Positions 25,001 to 35,796 of a DNA stretch of 64,000 nucleotides are shown here, piece by piece; position 1 is the stretch's first letter; each line of letters opens with the position of its first letter. Origin of the DNA: Hadesarchaea archaeon (GTDB lineage Archaea; Hadarchaeota; Hadarchaeia; Hadarchaeales; Hadarchaeaceae); assembly GCA_030601675.1 (NCBI GenBank), contig JAUWBN010000005.1, forward strand, positions 848 through 64,847, given 5' to 3'. The notes under the pieces were generated by a model. That model ran no database searches, was not told the origin of the DNA, and saw only the letters and a list, made by a program, of their open reading frames with translations. The position numbers were made by a program, and so were the translations under genes.

Positions 25001-25777
25001 ATGCTCGTATTCATCGGGCTTGGCTTACATGGCGAGGGGATATCGCTCCGAGGGCTGCGCGAAGCTCGAGAAGCCGACGCTATCTATGCCGAGCTCTACA
25101 CAAGCATGCTGCCTAAACTTAGACTCAATGAGCTCGAACAAACGATCGGCAAGCCTATCAAGGTGGTTGACCGCGAGACCGTCGAGCAACGCCCCGATGA
25201 AATCCTACGGGCGGCAAAAGCGAGCAAGGTGGCTTTTTTGGTTCCCGGTGACCCGATGGTTGCGACCACGCACGTCGACCTTAGGCTGCGAGCCACTCGA
25301 GCTGGGATTGAGACGAAAATTGTGCACGCGGCATCAATCGCCTCTGCAGCTGCCGGGCTCACTGGCCTGCAGAGTTACAAGTTCGGGCGCTCGGCGACAG
25401 TACCGTTTCCAGACAACCCCTCACGGGTGCCCTACGAAACGCTGGTAGAAAACCGTGAGCGAGGACTTCACACCCTGCTGCTCCTCGACATCCGAGCCGA
25501 GGAGGGGCGAGCGATGCTAGCGAGCGAGGCAATCGAAATCATGCTTGAGCTTGAGAAAAAGTTGCAAAAAAATGTCTTCACCCCGGATACACTCGCGGTT
25601 GTCGTGGCGCGAGCTGGCTCGGATGATTCTATCGTCAAAGCCGATAAAGTGGGGGAGCTTCAGAAGTTGGATTTTGGGTCGCCGCCGCATGTGCTGATCG
25701 TGCCGGGTAAGCTTCATTTCGTCGAGGCGGAGGCTCTCCGCGCCTTTGCAGGGGCACCTGAGGATGTGATCAAATGA
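25001..25777 (+). CDS. dphB: Diphthine synthase
   Basis: 'MLVFIGLGLHGEGISLRGLREAREADAIYAELYTS', 'FLVPGDPMVATTH', 258 aa. Confidence 0.9.
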   Translation: MLVFIGLGLHGEGISLRGLREAREADAIYAELYTSMLPKLRLNELEQTIGKPIKVVDRETVEQRPDEILRAAKASKVAFLVPGDPMVATTHVDLRLRATRAGIETKIVHAASIASAAAGLTGLQSYKFGRSATVPFPDNPSRVPYETLVENRERGLHTLLLLDIRAEEGRAMLASEAIEIMLELEKKLQKNVFTPDTLAVVVARAGSDDSIVKADKVGELQKLDFGSPPHVLIVPGKLHFVEAEALRAFAGAPEDVIK

Positions 25778-26013
25778 CGCTCGATGCCGAACTGATTGAA
25801 GAGATCAAGAAGTGGTCCGCTAAACTCGATGGGGCTCTATCAATGGCGAGAGCTCAAAGCGAGCAAGGAAAGGGAATGTTTTTTAATATCAAGGCTTATC
25901 GCAGAGATTCTGAACACTTTCTGAAACAAGGATACCTCATAAAGAGTTTCGAGTGCTTGATTTGGGCATGGAGCCTGCTTGACATCGGCAAGGAGTTAAA
26001 ACAGTTAGAGTAG
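25774..26013 (+). CDS. DUF357-like small helical protein
   Basis: 79 aa. The pattern 'NIKAYRRDSEHFLKQGYLIKSFECLIWAWSLLDIG' resembles DUF357. Overlaps the dphB stop. Confidence 0.6.
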   Translation: MTLDAELIEEIKKWSAKLDGALSMARAQSEQGKGMFFNIKAYRRDSEHFLKQGYLIKSFECLIWAWSLLDIGKELKQLE

Positions 26014-26673
26014 TTATTTCTTAAACAGCTCCCGCACATCGTTCACCACGTCAGCGATTGCACACTCGAGGAGCTTCTCACCCAAAAATTTGTCGATGCG
26101 GATGCCCACCCTCCCAACTTCCCGAGCTTGCTGTTCCGCCCAAGCGTAACGTCTCCGCGCCTCCTTAAGGCCGACGAATCCTACCTCGGGGTAACGCTCG
26201 AAATCGGCGTGCTCGGCGATCTTTGAGGCATCGGCTATCCCTATCACGGCACCCATGCTCAGCTCGCCCGTCGCAGCGTGGGGGCCCTCTAGCTCGATGA
26301 GGGTGTTGTTAAAAACGATGCGTATGCCGAGCTCGCTCTCCAACGCGGGCAACCGCTCCCGCAGAGGTTCATTTCCCCCGTGACCATTGACCAACACCGC
26401 CGCACTGATGCCAAGTGCACGCTTCGCGTTGAGTAGAGCCCTCCGAAGCTCCCCCAAAACCTGCTCGATGCTCTGATGACGCCCCGTGTCTATGCCTGGG
26501 AGCTCATAGGAGAAGGTGAGAACCCCTATGAACTTCACCCTCGTGCGCTTCGCCGCCTCCGAAGCGACGTGTGAGGCCAGCCTTGCATCCGTGTCGGGGG
26601 GGAGGGCTGCTCCGTGTCGCTCCTCGTGCGAGCCCAACGCTAGGATGCCGACCTCGCTCAAATTCAAACTCAC
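26014..26673 (-). CDS. arfB: Creatininase-family amidohydrolase, probably 2-amino-5-formylamino-6-ribosylaminopyrimidinone 5'-phosphate deformylase
   Basis: 'LGSHEERHGAALP', 'LVNGHGGN'. Last gene of the rib operon, overlapping the ribH stop. Confidence 0.7.
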   Translation of the reverse strand: MSLNLSEVGILALGSHEERHGAALPPDTDARLASHVASEAAKRTRVKFIGVLTFSYELPGIDTGRHQSIEQVLGELRRALLNAKRALGISAAVLVNGHGGNEPLRERLPALESELGIRIVFNNTLIELEGPHAATGELSMGAVIGIADASKIAEHADFERYPEVGFVGLKEARRRYAWAEQQAREVGRVGIRIDKFLGEKLLECAIADVVNDVRELFKK

Positions 26674-27083
26674 ACCTTTTCCAAGCGCTTGACGGTCTTC
26701 ACTGCGGCCTCCACCGCGCGCCGGGCGTACTCGTTCACCCGATCCAGTGCCTGCACGCGACTCATGCCGGGCCCAGAGATGCCGAGCGCCACCGGTTTGC
26801 CGTGTTGAACTGCGAGGTCTATTAACTTTCGGCCCGCCTGCTGCATCACTAGCTCATCGTGCTCAGTCTCGCCCTCGATCACTGCTCCAAGCGTAACTAC
26901 CGCATCGATGTCACCACGTTCCACGAGCTTTTTCGCAGCTAGTGGCAGCTCATAAACACCGGGCACCAGAACCTCCGCTACTACCTCTGCCTCGAGAAAA
27001 CTCGCGTGTCGCTTTGCGAACTCAAGCATTGGCCCCACGATATCCCAATGCATTTCTGAAGCAGCGATCCCCAATCTAACCAT
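26670..27083 (-). CDS. ribH: 6,7-dimethyl-8-ribityllumazine synthase
   Basis: 'VPGVYELPLAAKKL', 'DAVVTLGAVIEGETEHDE'. The ATG at 27083 is preceded by GGAGGTG. The ORF-track start at 27167 is rejected. Confidence 0.9.
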   Translation of the reverse strand: MVRLGIAASEMHWDIVGPMLEFAKRHASFLEAEVVAEVLVPGVYELPLAAKKLVERGDIDAVVTLGAVIEGETEHDELVMQQAGRKLIDLAVQHGKPVALGISGPGMSRVQALDRVNEYARRAVEAAVKTVKRLEKV

Positions 27084-28368
27084 CCTTTTCACCTCCTTTT
27101 TCGATTTGCCAACGGAATCCATACAATCCATTGGGCAGTGTGTATCGTGAGAAAGAAATGCCCCCACTCGCTTCTAATCTACGTAAATGTTTCAACAAAG
27201 AGCGTGAATCTCTCCTAAGGATTTTGCTTAGTTCGACGGTTTTCTTTGATCCTTCTGCACGCAGAATGCGCATGATTTCATCCTCAACTTCTTCGCCCCA
27301 TATGCGGTTCTTATAGGAATTGATCGCAACTTCAAGTTTCTTTTGTTTTGTTGGACAGAGACCTATTTGATCAGCAAAAGCTCTCAAATTCCGTTTTCCA
27401 GTTATCCAAAATCCAACTATAACTTTTTTCTGGTCTCTCACCTGATATTTGCGAGATATTCGTACCTTTTTCGATTTTATCCCGAAATCCATCAGCATAC
27501 GTTGAACGGATTCGAGAAACTTTACTAGAGAATCTTTTTTGGAAGCTTCCTTACCCATAAAGATTTTTATGTTGCTGCTTTTGCTCCCGATGTACACTGA
27601 CCCTTCATCATTGAATAGAGCCCGTAAAAAGGATTTTTTTATTTCGGGACTGCCGTCTTTAATCCAACCTGGCATATCAAAATCCTTCTCGGTTTTATTA
27701 CCTCGAACAGCCCCAGCTACACATAAAATTTGACCTATTGTGGCTGGCAACGTTGTCAAATAAATGTCTCGTTCATTTTTTGTTACAAAAATTTGGACAG
27801 TAGAAATGACTTTAACCGCCACAAGAACTTCTTGAATGCACTCAACATTTTTATTTTTGTACTCTACTTGGAAGCGCCTTTCACCTATGCTCCCATCACC
27901 TAAAGCATGGGCAACTAGCGCGGCTAATTGTGGAGTCGAACGAATTGGAATTTTCACGGGTGCGCTCTGTGCCTTCAACACGTAGGCACAATTTTTTTCA
28001 GTTTCTTCCAAAGTTGTTCCGGTAATTGATGCGAGTGCTTTAAGAACAGTAACTGAGATAGACTTTATCTCGCCGTTTCTTAAATCCACCAAGTTCCCAT
28101 AACTACGCGTGATTTTTTCAGCTAGTTTTTTCCACGTTCCAATTTTGTATTTCCCACGCCAAAGTAATTTATCGAGGAAAGGTTTGTTTAAAACAACGCG
28201 GAATTCGCCGGGTAATTCCTTTAGACCTACTCTCACCCAATCCACCGATTCGACCTTTCTTCCCCTTTTTAAACCGCTTTGGAGGAGAGAGGTCGCCGAA
28301 AGTAATTTATAAACCTTATAAAGGGAGTCGTTGGTTGTGTCAACAGTGAAAATACGAGAATTTAACAA
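27076..28368 (-). CDS. Free-standing double-motif LAGLIDADG homing-endonuclease-like protein with N-terminal HTH-like and C-terminal winged-helix regions
   Basis: Motif 1 'LAALVAHALGDGSI' (aa 148-161). Motif 2 'FLRALFNDEGSV' (aa 247-258). C-terminal 'SKKTVELSKILRRDSRSLLKHLRRLEASGGIS'. AT-rich (22/60 G+C at line 27301). TTG start. Confidence 0.8.
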   Translation of the reverse strand: MLNSRIFTVDTTNDSLYKVYKLLSATSLLQSGLKRGRKVESVDWVRVGLKELPGEFRVVLNKPFLDKLLWRGKYKIGTWKKLAEKITRSYGNLVDLRNGEIKSISVTVLKALASITGTTLEETEKNCAYVLKAQSAPVKIPIRSTPQLAALVAHALGDGSIGERRFQVEYKNKNVECIQEVLVAVKVISTVQIFVTKNERDIYLTTLPATIGQILCVAGAVRGNKTEKDFDMPGWIKDGSPEIKKSFLRALFNDEGSVYIGSKSSNIKIFMGKEASKKDSLVKFLESVQRMLMDFGIKSKKVRISRKYQVRDQKKVIVGFWITGKRNLRAFADQIGLCPTKQKKLEVAINSYKNRIWGEEVEDEIMRILRAEGSKKTVELSKILRRDSRSLLKHLRRLEASGGISFSRYTLPNGLYGFRWQIEKGGEKDG

Positions 28369-28374
28369 CGCTTT
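27084..28374 (-). mobile_element. Putative selfish-gene insertion (LAGLIDADG ORF) in the ribC-ribH spacer
   Basis: The compositional break coincides with the ORF boundaries. The flanking genes are adjacent members of one pathway. Confidence 0.5.
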
Positions 28375-29517
<1,143 letters not shown>

Positions 29518-29521
<4 letters not shown>

Positions 29522-30180
29522 ACCATCACCTCCACTTGAACGACATCGCCGTCCTTAAGCTTCAAGCTCTCACGCAGCTTCTTCGGCGCTATGAGCTCAA
29601 CGACATCAGCGTAATGGCTCCGAAGTGGCAAAATCAGGGCAGCTTTCTTATCCTTCAACTTAGCTGGGAAGAATTTCACTGGGCCGAATGTTCGCTCACT
29701 CGTTTTAAAGCTCTCAACCTGCTTGCCGGGAAGCTGAATGAGCACCGCCTTGAGCTCGAGCGATGTCTTGTCAAGCTTGATGTCGAGCGTCCCCGGGTAG
29801 GGATCAAAACCGAGCTCGCGTCCGAACTGCTCGCGGTAGCCCTGCTGGCGCATATAATAACTACCCTCACCCACACCTGAGATCACCCGGCCAGCTAACT
29901 TGAACGAACGCGGTTTCAATCCAAAAATCGCCTCGAGCTCCCGATGCATTAGGCGCAAAGACGCCAAGCCCGCGGGCGTTATACGCACGCGCTGACCGCG
30001 GGGCCCCAGCGTTCGTTTGATCATGCCCTGGCCCTCAAGCTCAAGGAGTCGCCGCGCTGCGGTCTGTCGTGAAACATTTAGTCGACTCGCAAGCCAACTC
30101 AACGAAAGTTTTAGGTCATCGAGATGTGCTCCCTCCTTAGCCAGCGAGACCAGGACCTCGATGGTGGTCTTTCTACCCAA
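29518..30180 (-). CDS. ribK: Winged-helix regulator fused to CTP-dependent riboflavin kinase (RbkR type)
   Basis: N-terminal wHTH 'LASRLNVSRQTAARRLLELEGQGMI'. C-terminal 'GRVISGVGEGSYYM...GFDPYPGTLD' is the archaeal RibK fold. Confidence 0.85.
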
Positions 30181-30300
30181 GCTACCCCCAATCAGAACGA
30201 AACGTGCCGGCTTTTAAGCTTTCTCAAAATTGTGAAGTGTCTAAAAAATGAGACAAACCAAAATCCCAAAAGGCCCGAAATCTCATGGCTGCACGCACTA

Positions 30301-30313
30301 AAGTTTTTATACC
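30301..30313 (+). promoter_or_regulatory. Candidate TATA box for the gap-pgk operon
   Basis: 'AAGTTTTTATACC' lies about 40 nt upstream of the ATG at 30350, with GGGGG 8 nt before the ATG. Confidence 0.3.
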
Positions 30314-30349
30314 CTCGGGCTGCCATCATCAAAAGAAAGGGGGTTTGAT

Positions 30350-31372
30350 ATGGCCAAAGTTAAGGTTGGGGTAAATGGATATGGTGTCATTGGAAAGCGA
30401 GTTGCTGACGCGGTTTCGCTCCAGCGCGATATGGAACTCGTTGGAATTTCCGATGTGGCTTCGGACTACCGCGTTCAAGTTGCCGTGAAGAGGGGTTACC
30501 CAATCTACGCCTCAATCGAGCAAGCCGCGCCCGAGATGCGAAAAGCTGGTATCAAAGTTGTCGGGACCCTAGATGATCTGCTGAAGAAGGTTGATGTGAT
30601 TGTTGACGCCACGCCCAAGGGGATTGGCGCGAAGAACAAGGCCCTTTACGAGGGGGCCGGTGTGAAGGCGACCTTTCAGGGGGGTGAAAAGCACGAGCTC
30701 GTCCAAGCCTCGTTTGTTGCGCAGTGCAATTACAAGCGGGCCCTCGGCAAGGACTTCGTTCGAATTGTGTCCTGCAACACCACGGGGCTCTGCCGCGTGC
30801 TCGGGGCGGTCAAGCAAGCGCATGGGATCAAGCGAGCTCGGGCGGTGCTCTTCAGGCGTGCGACCGACCCATGGGAGAGTCACAAGAGCGGCATCATCAA
30901 CACTGCAGTCCCTGAGACCCACGTGCCCAGCCACCAAGGGCCCGACGCACAGACGGTGATACCTGACCTAAACATCGTCACCCTAGCTGCGAAGGGGCCC
31001 TACAACTTGAGCCACCTTCACTTCGCAATGGTGGAACTTCCAAAACGTGTAAAGGCTGAGGCAGTGATTAAAACTTTACGAAGAACGCCGAGGATACTAC
31101 TCATCCGCGCTTCCGATGGTTTACTGGGGCTGAACAGCGTGATCGAGCTGATGCGCGATCTGGGTAGACCACGCGCGGATATGTGGGAGGTCGCCCTCTG
31201 GGAGGACATCACGTCCGTCGAGGGGAACGAGCTCTACCTCGTCTATCAGGTGCACAACGAGGCAATTGTGATACCTGAAAACATCGACGCCATCAGGGCG
31301 ATGACGGAGCTCGAACGCGACCCCATGCGCTCGATCCGCAAGACCAACGAAGCCCTCGGCATAGCCCGATGA
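30350..31372 (+). CDS. gap: Glyceraldehyde-3-phosphate dehydrogenase, archaeal type II
   Basis: '[19 protein letters not shown]', 'IVSCNTTGL', 340 aa. Confidence 0.92.
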   Translation: MAKVKVGVNGYGVIGKRVADAVSLQRDMELVGISDVASDYRVQVAVKRGYPIYASIEQAAPEMRKAGIKVVGTLDDLLKKVDVIVDATPKGIGAKNKALYEGAGVKATFQGGEKHELVQASFVAQCNYKRALGKDFVRIVSCNTTGLCRVLGAVKQAHGIKRARAVLFRRATDPWESHKSGIINTAVPETHVPSHQGPDAQTVIPDLNIVTLAAKGPYNLSHLHFAMVELPKRVKAEAVIKTLRRTPRILLIRASDGLLGLNSVIELMRDLGRPRADMWEVALWEDITSVEGNELYLVYQVHNEAIVIPENIDAIRAMTELERDPMRSIRKTNEALGIAR

Positions 31373-31373
31373 G

Positions 31374-32618
31374 GTGCGCGAGTTGGAATTTCCGACGCTC
31401 GACGAAGCTAACGTCAAGGGTAAAACGGTGTTGGTCCGAGTTGACATAAACTCACCCATCGACCCAAAGACGGGAGAAATTCTTGACGACACGAGAATCA
31501 AAGAATGCGCACCCACCCTTCGAGAACTCGCACAGAAGGGCGCGAAAGTCGTGGTGTTGGCTCACCAAGGTAGGCCTGGGGAAAAGGACTTCACCACGCT
31601 TGAAAAACATGGCAAGAAGCTGAGCGATGCGGTGGGACTGGAAGTTAAATATCTCGCCGATGTTTTCGGGCCCATGGCGAGGGACACGATCAAGCTCATG
31701 CGCCCGGGCGAAATCCTGCTCCTCGACAATGTCCGTCTGTGCGCCGAGGAAAATCTAAATCGTCCCGCAGAGGAACAGGCGAAGACCCCCTTCGTGCGTG
31801 TGTTAGCCTCCATTGCCCAACTCTACGTGAACGATGCATTCGGGGCCGCTCATCGCTCCCAGCCCTCGCTCGTGGGCTTCAGCGCCCTGCTCCCGACCTA
31901 CGCGGGGCGGCTGATGGAGCGTGAGCTCAAGGCATTAAGCCGCGCGCTTTCCCCCGAACGCCCCTGCATTTACGTGTTGGGGGGTGTGAAGGTTGACGAC
32001 TCCCTCGACATCATCGAAAACGTGCTCGGCAAGGGGATTGCGGACTCCGTGCTGACGGGCGGCTTGGTGGGGCATGCCTTCCTCGCGGCTTCGGGGCGAA
32101 ATCTCGGCGAATCAAATCTCAAGCTGCTCAAAGAAAAGAGCATGGAAAAGGAAATCGAGCGGGCCAAACGCTTGCTCGATGTCCACGGCGACAAAATAAA
32201 GATGCCGCTTGATGTCGTCGTCGATGCCCAGGGGAAACCCAAGGAACTCTCGCTGGAGGAGCTACCGACCGAGCTGACGATCTGCGATATCGGGAGCAGG
32301 ACCGTGGGGGAATATTCAAAGCTCATCGCGGATGCGAAAACCGTCGTCGCGAACGGGCCGCTGGGAGTCTTCGAGCGGGCTGGGTTCGAGCGCGGCACCT
32401 TCGAGGTGCTCAAGGCGATGGTGGGTTCCCAAGCTTTCACAATCCTCGGCGGCGGACACATGGTTGCAGCCGCTCAGGCCGCTGGGGTCGCGGGGCAGAT
32501 AAAGCATGTAAGCACGGGTGGCGGCGCATGCATAGGTTTCCTCTCAGGTAAACCGCTGCCAGTGGTTGAAGTTTTAACCCGTGCAAAACATACTCAACAG
32601 CTGGAGAATCGAGCATGA
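31374..32618 (+). CDS. pgk: Phosphoglycerate kinase
   Basis: 'VLVRVDINSPID', 'LAHQGRPG', 'VNDAFGAAHR', 'STGGGA'. Confidence 0.92.
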   Translation: MRELEFPTLDEANVKGKTVLVRVDINSPIDPKTGEILDDTRIKECAPTLRELAQKGAKVVVLAHQGRPGEKDFTTLEKHGKKLSDAVGLEVKYLADVFGPMARDTIKLMRPGEILLLDNVRLCAEENLNRPAEEQAKTPFVRVLASIAQLYVNDAFGAAHRSQPSLVGFSALLPTYAGRLMERELKALSRALSPERPCIYVLGGVKVDDSLDIIENVLGKGIADSVLTGGLVGHAFLAASGRNLGESNLKLLKEKSMEKEIERAKRLLDVHGDKIKMPLDVVVDAQGKPKELSLEELPTELTICDIGSRTVGEYSKLIADAKTVVANGPLGVFERAGFERGTFEVLKAMVGSQAFTILGGGHMVAAAQAAGVAGQIKHVSTGGGACIGFLSGKPLPVVEVLTRAKHTQQLENRA

Positions 32619-33943
32619 GGCGGATTGTCGTCATAGGATTCCAATCGGCTGGGCTGACGGCAGCGGCGACCGCCCGCATGGTGGATCGGGAAGCGAAGGT
32701 CACGGTCATCGAAAGGCGAATGTACGCCACTTACCACCCCTGTGGCCTCCCCTTCGCGATAGGGGGCGATGTTCCCCACATCCGTCACCTCGTTGAGGCT
32801 GCACCTAAGTTGCCCGGCGTAGATGTTCACATCGGCATCGAGGCAAAAACAATCGACACCGACGCTAAAACCGTCGAAATTCAAGATCGCAAAACCCTTC
32901 GAAAGGGAAAAATACCGTACGACTCACTCGTCCTTGCCACGGGCAGTCTGCCGTTTAGACCCCCTATCCCTGGCTTCAATCTCGGCAACGTGTTTACCCT
33001 CCGAATGATGCGCGACGGGGAGGAAATCCTCGCGGCCCTGCCACGGGTAACTAAAGCCCTCGTCGTGGGGGGTGGTCCAATAGGTCTTGAGGCAGCCGCT
33101 GCGCTCCGGGAGCACGGACTAGAGACCACGCTCGTAGAGATGCAGCCGAACGTGCTCCCTTGGATGCTCGATCCTGATATGTCCGAAGCGGTGCTTGACA
33201 AGCTCAGCCGGGTCGGCGTCTCAACTGTCCTAGGTAAACCTGTCAAAGAGATCCGGGGTGAGGAGAAGGTTAGCTCGGTGGTCGTGGGCGAAGAAGAGAT
33301 CCAAGCCGACATCGTGATTCTCTGCACAGGTGTCAAGCCCGATATTGAGCTAGCGGTGAGTGCTGGGGTCGAGCTAGGCAACCTGGGGGCGATAAAAGTC
33401 GATAATCACCTCCGAACTAATCTCCCGGATGTATATGCGGCGGGTGACTGCGTAGAATCGCATTGCTTACTGACAAAGCGTCCGATCCTGAGCCAGCTTG
33501 CGACGACCGCAATACGGATGGGTAAAATCGCTGGAGCTAACGCTGCTGGTGCCGACGAAGTATTTCCCGGTGTGCTCAACACAATCGTCTCCTCGGCCTA
33601 TGGACTAGAAATCGCGGCGACCGGGTTAACGACGCGTAACGCTTCCGATGCCGGCATAGAAACCGTCGCGGGGCGCGTTCGAACCCTTAACAAACCTTAT
33701 TTTTACCCGGGGGCCGAGCCAATCATCGTGAAGCTTATCGTCAAACCTAAGGAGAGGAGGGTCGTCGGCGGACAGATCATCGGCGATGGCGCGGCCGAAC
33801 GGGTAAACATGCTTGCCTTCGCCATCAAGCACAACGTGACTGTTGACGAGCTGGCACGCATCGAGTACTGCTACGCCCCGCCGATAAGCGATTGCATCGA
33901 ACCCCTCGTGGTTGCTGCTGAGGCCGTGTTGCGCAGGCTTTAA
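32615..33943 (+). CDS. Pyridine nucleotide-disulfide oxidoreductase, NADH oxidase / CoA-disulfide reductase family
   Basis: 'IVVIGFQSAGLTAA', single redox Cys in 'YHPCGLPF', 'VVGGGPIGLE', 'AAGDC'. Confidence 0.85.
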   Translation: MRRIVVIGFQSAGLTAAATARMVDREAKVTVIERRMYATYHPCGLPFAIGGDVPHIRHLVEAAPKLPGVDVHIGIEAKTIDTDAKTVEIQDRKTLRKGKIPYDSLVLATGSLPFRPPIPGFNLGNVFTLRMMRDGEEILAALPRVTKALVVGGGPIGLEAAAALREHGLETTLVEMQPNVLPWMLDPDMSEAVLDKLSRVGVSTVLGKPVKEIRGEEKVSSVVVGEEEIQADIVILCTGVKPDIELAVSAGVELGNLGAIKVDNHLRTNLPDVYAAGDCVESHCLLTKRPILSQLATTAIRMGKIAGANAAGADEVFPGVLNTIVSSAYGLEIAATGLTTRNASDAGIETVAGRVRTLNKPYFYPGAEPIIVKLIVKPKERRVVGGQIIGDGAAERVNMLAFAIKHNVTVDELARIEYCYAPPISDCIEPLVVAAEAVLRRL

Positions 33944-33952
33944 GCTGAGACC

Positions 33953-34516
33953 ATGCTCTTCGTCATCGAGCACCTCGAGCCGAAGATGAGCGAGTGGCTC
34001 CACATCGAGTACTCACACGCAGCGCAAATCGTCGGGCGAAAGAGGTTGCTCATAACCAATGTTAAAAAGAAAGGCGAATTTCGTAAACTTGTCGAGATTG
34101 CGCGGGTCGAACGCAAGCGTGCCCGCGAGCTGTTCAAACAGCGCGAACTCATCGTGCTCGACCCTCGCGCGAGAAAAAAGCTATCGCCGACCGACATGCG
34201 CGGTAGGGGGGTGATCGTCGTGGGGGGCATCCTGGGTGAGGACCCCCCGCTCGGGCGGACGAGGGAGCTGCTTACCCGAACCCTTCCCAGGGCGCCCGCG
34301 AGAAACCTCGGCAAGGAACAATTTGCGATCGACGGTGCAACCTACGTGGCGAAACAAGTGCTGGGGGGCAAGCGGCTGGAGGAAGTACCCGTGCAGCTGG
34401 GGTTAGAAATCAAAATAAGCGAGATTCATTCTACCTTCTTGCCCTACGCCTTTCCGCTCATCAAGGGCAAGCCTCTGATCTCGCGAGAGCTCGTCGCCTA
34501 CCTCAAGCGCCACTGA
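33953..34516 (+). CDS. SPOUT-type methyltransferase, DUF431 / Sfm1-like
   Basis: 'FVIEHLEPKMSEWLHIEY' and 'VVGGILGEDPPLGRTRELL' parallel yeast Sfm1 'IIEHME..SEWV.LEY' and 'GGILGDHPPRDRTKEL' as remembered. Confidence 0.7.
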   Translation: MLFVIEHLEPKMSEWLHIEYSHAAQIVGRKRLLITNVKKKGEFRKLVEIARVERKRARELFKQRELIVLDPRARKKLSPTDMRGRGVIVVGGILGEDPPLGRTRELLTRTLPRAPARNLGKEQFAIDGATYVAKQVLGGKRLEEVPVQLGLEIKISEIHSTFLPYAFPLIKGKPLISRELVAYLKRH

Positions 34517-34574
34517 TTCCAAAAAGACCGATGACGGTAGTTGGGACATTGCCCCGGCCGCGAACACCGACCAA

Positions 34575-35633
34575 CTAGGAGGGGCTTCCCGATCCTTTCA
34601 GGCTCTTCAGGTCCACCCCTAACTCCTTTGCGATTTGTCCAAGCTCGGTCCAAACCTCATCCACAATTGGTATGCCTTCCCGCAGGCGCCGCTCACGCGT
34701 TTTTTGCTCGGGCTCACCTGGGACCATTATTTCCTCGACGCCCGGTGCTCTCCGCGACGACTTGACCTGCTCGATGAACTCCCGCGCCCGAGCCCGAAAT
34801 TCCTCTTGCGCGACGAAAGCTTTCGGGTCGACCGCGATCATGAAATCGCCCTTCGTGCAGAAGTCTTCGACAGGCTCCAGCGTCCCCCTGACTTCTTTAC
34901 CGGCAGCTGCGCGCACGAGGGGGCCAGCGAGCAGCTCGAGCACGAACGCCAAGGCGTAACCCTTTGGGCCGCCGAATGGGCTTAGGGCACCCTTCAACCC
35001 CTTCGCTGGGTCGGTCGTCGGCTTGCCCTCGGAGTCGATCGCCCAACCCTCGGGGGTGGGCTTGCCTTCCTTCATGGCCCTCACGAGCTTTCCCCGAGCC
35101 GCGACGCTCATGGCCATGTCGAGCAGTACGGGGGGCTCGGTTGGCAGACCTATCGCGAGCGCGTTGGTGCCGAGCAGGGGTTCGACTCCGCCCCAAGGAT
35201 GAACCAGCGCATCGGTCGTTGTCGTCACGATGCCTATTAGCCCCTCGCGCATCGCCAGCTCGGCGTAGTAGCCAGCGATTCCGAAGTGGTTCGAGTTAAA
35301 CACACCGACTGCAGCCACGCCCTGCGTTTTCGCTTTTTTGATCGCGAGGCGCATCGCACGAGTCGCAACGTGGTGCCCCAAACCGTGCCCACCGTCGATG
35401 AGCGCGGTCGCTGGGGTTTCCCGAACGGCTTTGACCTCTGCTTTGGCTATGATCGTGCCTCGCTTGAGCGCGCGCAGGATGTACGGGAGGCGGAGCAGAC
35501 CATGTGAGCCGAAGCCGCGCAAGTCGGCCTCAGCCAGAACTTCCGCCGTGGCGTTAGCCCCCTCGCCCGGAACACCGAGTTTCTGCAGCAATGTGCGAAT
35601 GATGGTTTTTTCCTGCTCAAAGGTGAGAATCAT
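34575..35633 (-). CDS. Ldh_2 family malate / (S)-sulfolactate dehydrogenase
   Basis: 'ADLRGFGSHGLLRLPYI', 'NSNHFGIAGYY', 352 aa. Confidence 0.85.
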   Translation of the reverse strand: MILTFEQEKTIIRTLLQKLGVPGEGANATAEVLAEADLRGFGSHGLLRLPYILRALKRGTIIAKAEVKAVRETPATALIDGGHGLGHHVATRAMRLAIKKAKTQGVAAVGVFNSNHFGIAGYYAELAMREGLIGIVTTTTDALVHPWGGVEPLLGTNALAIGLPTEPPVLLDMAMSVAARGKLVRAMKEGKPTPEGWAIDSEGKPTTDPAKGLKGALSPFGGPKGYALAFVLELLAGPLVRAAAGKEVRGTLEPVEDFCTKGDFMIAVDPKAFVAQEEFRARAREFIEQVKSSRRAPGVEEIMVPGEPEQKTRERRLREGIPIVDEVWTELGQIAKELGVDLKSLKGSGSPS

Positions 35634-35702
35634 TCGATCTCCAAGCTCTCTCGAACACGTGCCTTAAAATCCCATCGCTCCTAGAAACGAAATATGATAA
35701 AT

Positions 35703-35729
35703 GTTTGACATCCTCGTCAAACGTTTGAC
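35703..35729. promoter_or_regulatory. Operator-like array of three GTTTGAC half-sites (GTTTGAC-N6-GTCAAAC immediately followed by GTTTGAC)
   Basis: Perfect 7-bp inverted repeat plus an abutting 14-bp palindrome, 70-95 nt upstream of the Ldh_2 start and next to an AT-rich TATA-like stretch. Confidence 0.35.
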
Positions 35730-35796
35730 ATCTGCTTCAGCAAACGCCTGACCTGCGGCAGCCAGAGCAAAATCTCGTCGCGTTTCGAAAAAGTCA

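Noticed and set aside
24853-25448. ORFs 24853-25116 and 24987-25448 overlapping tRNA-Lys and dphB
   Set aside because: One runs through the tRNA gene. The other is an alternative frame of the clearly conserved diphthine synthase.
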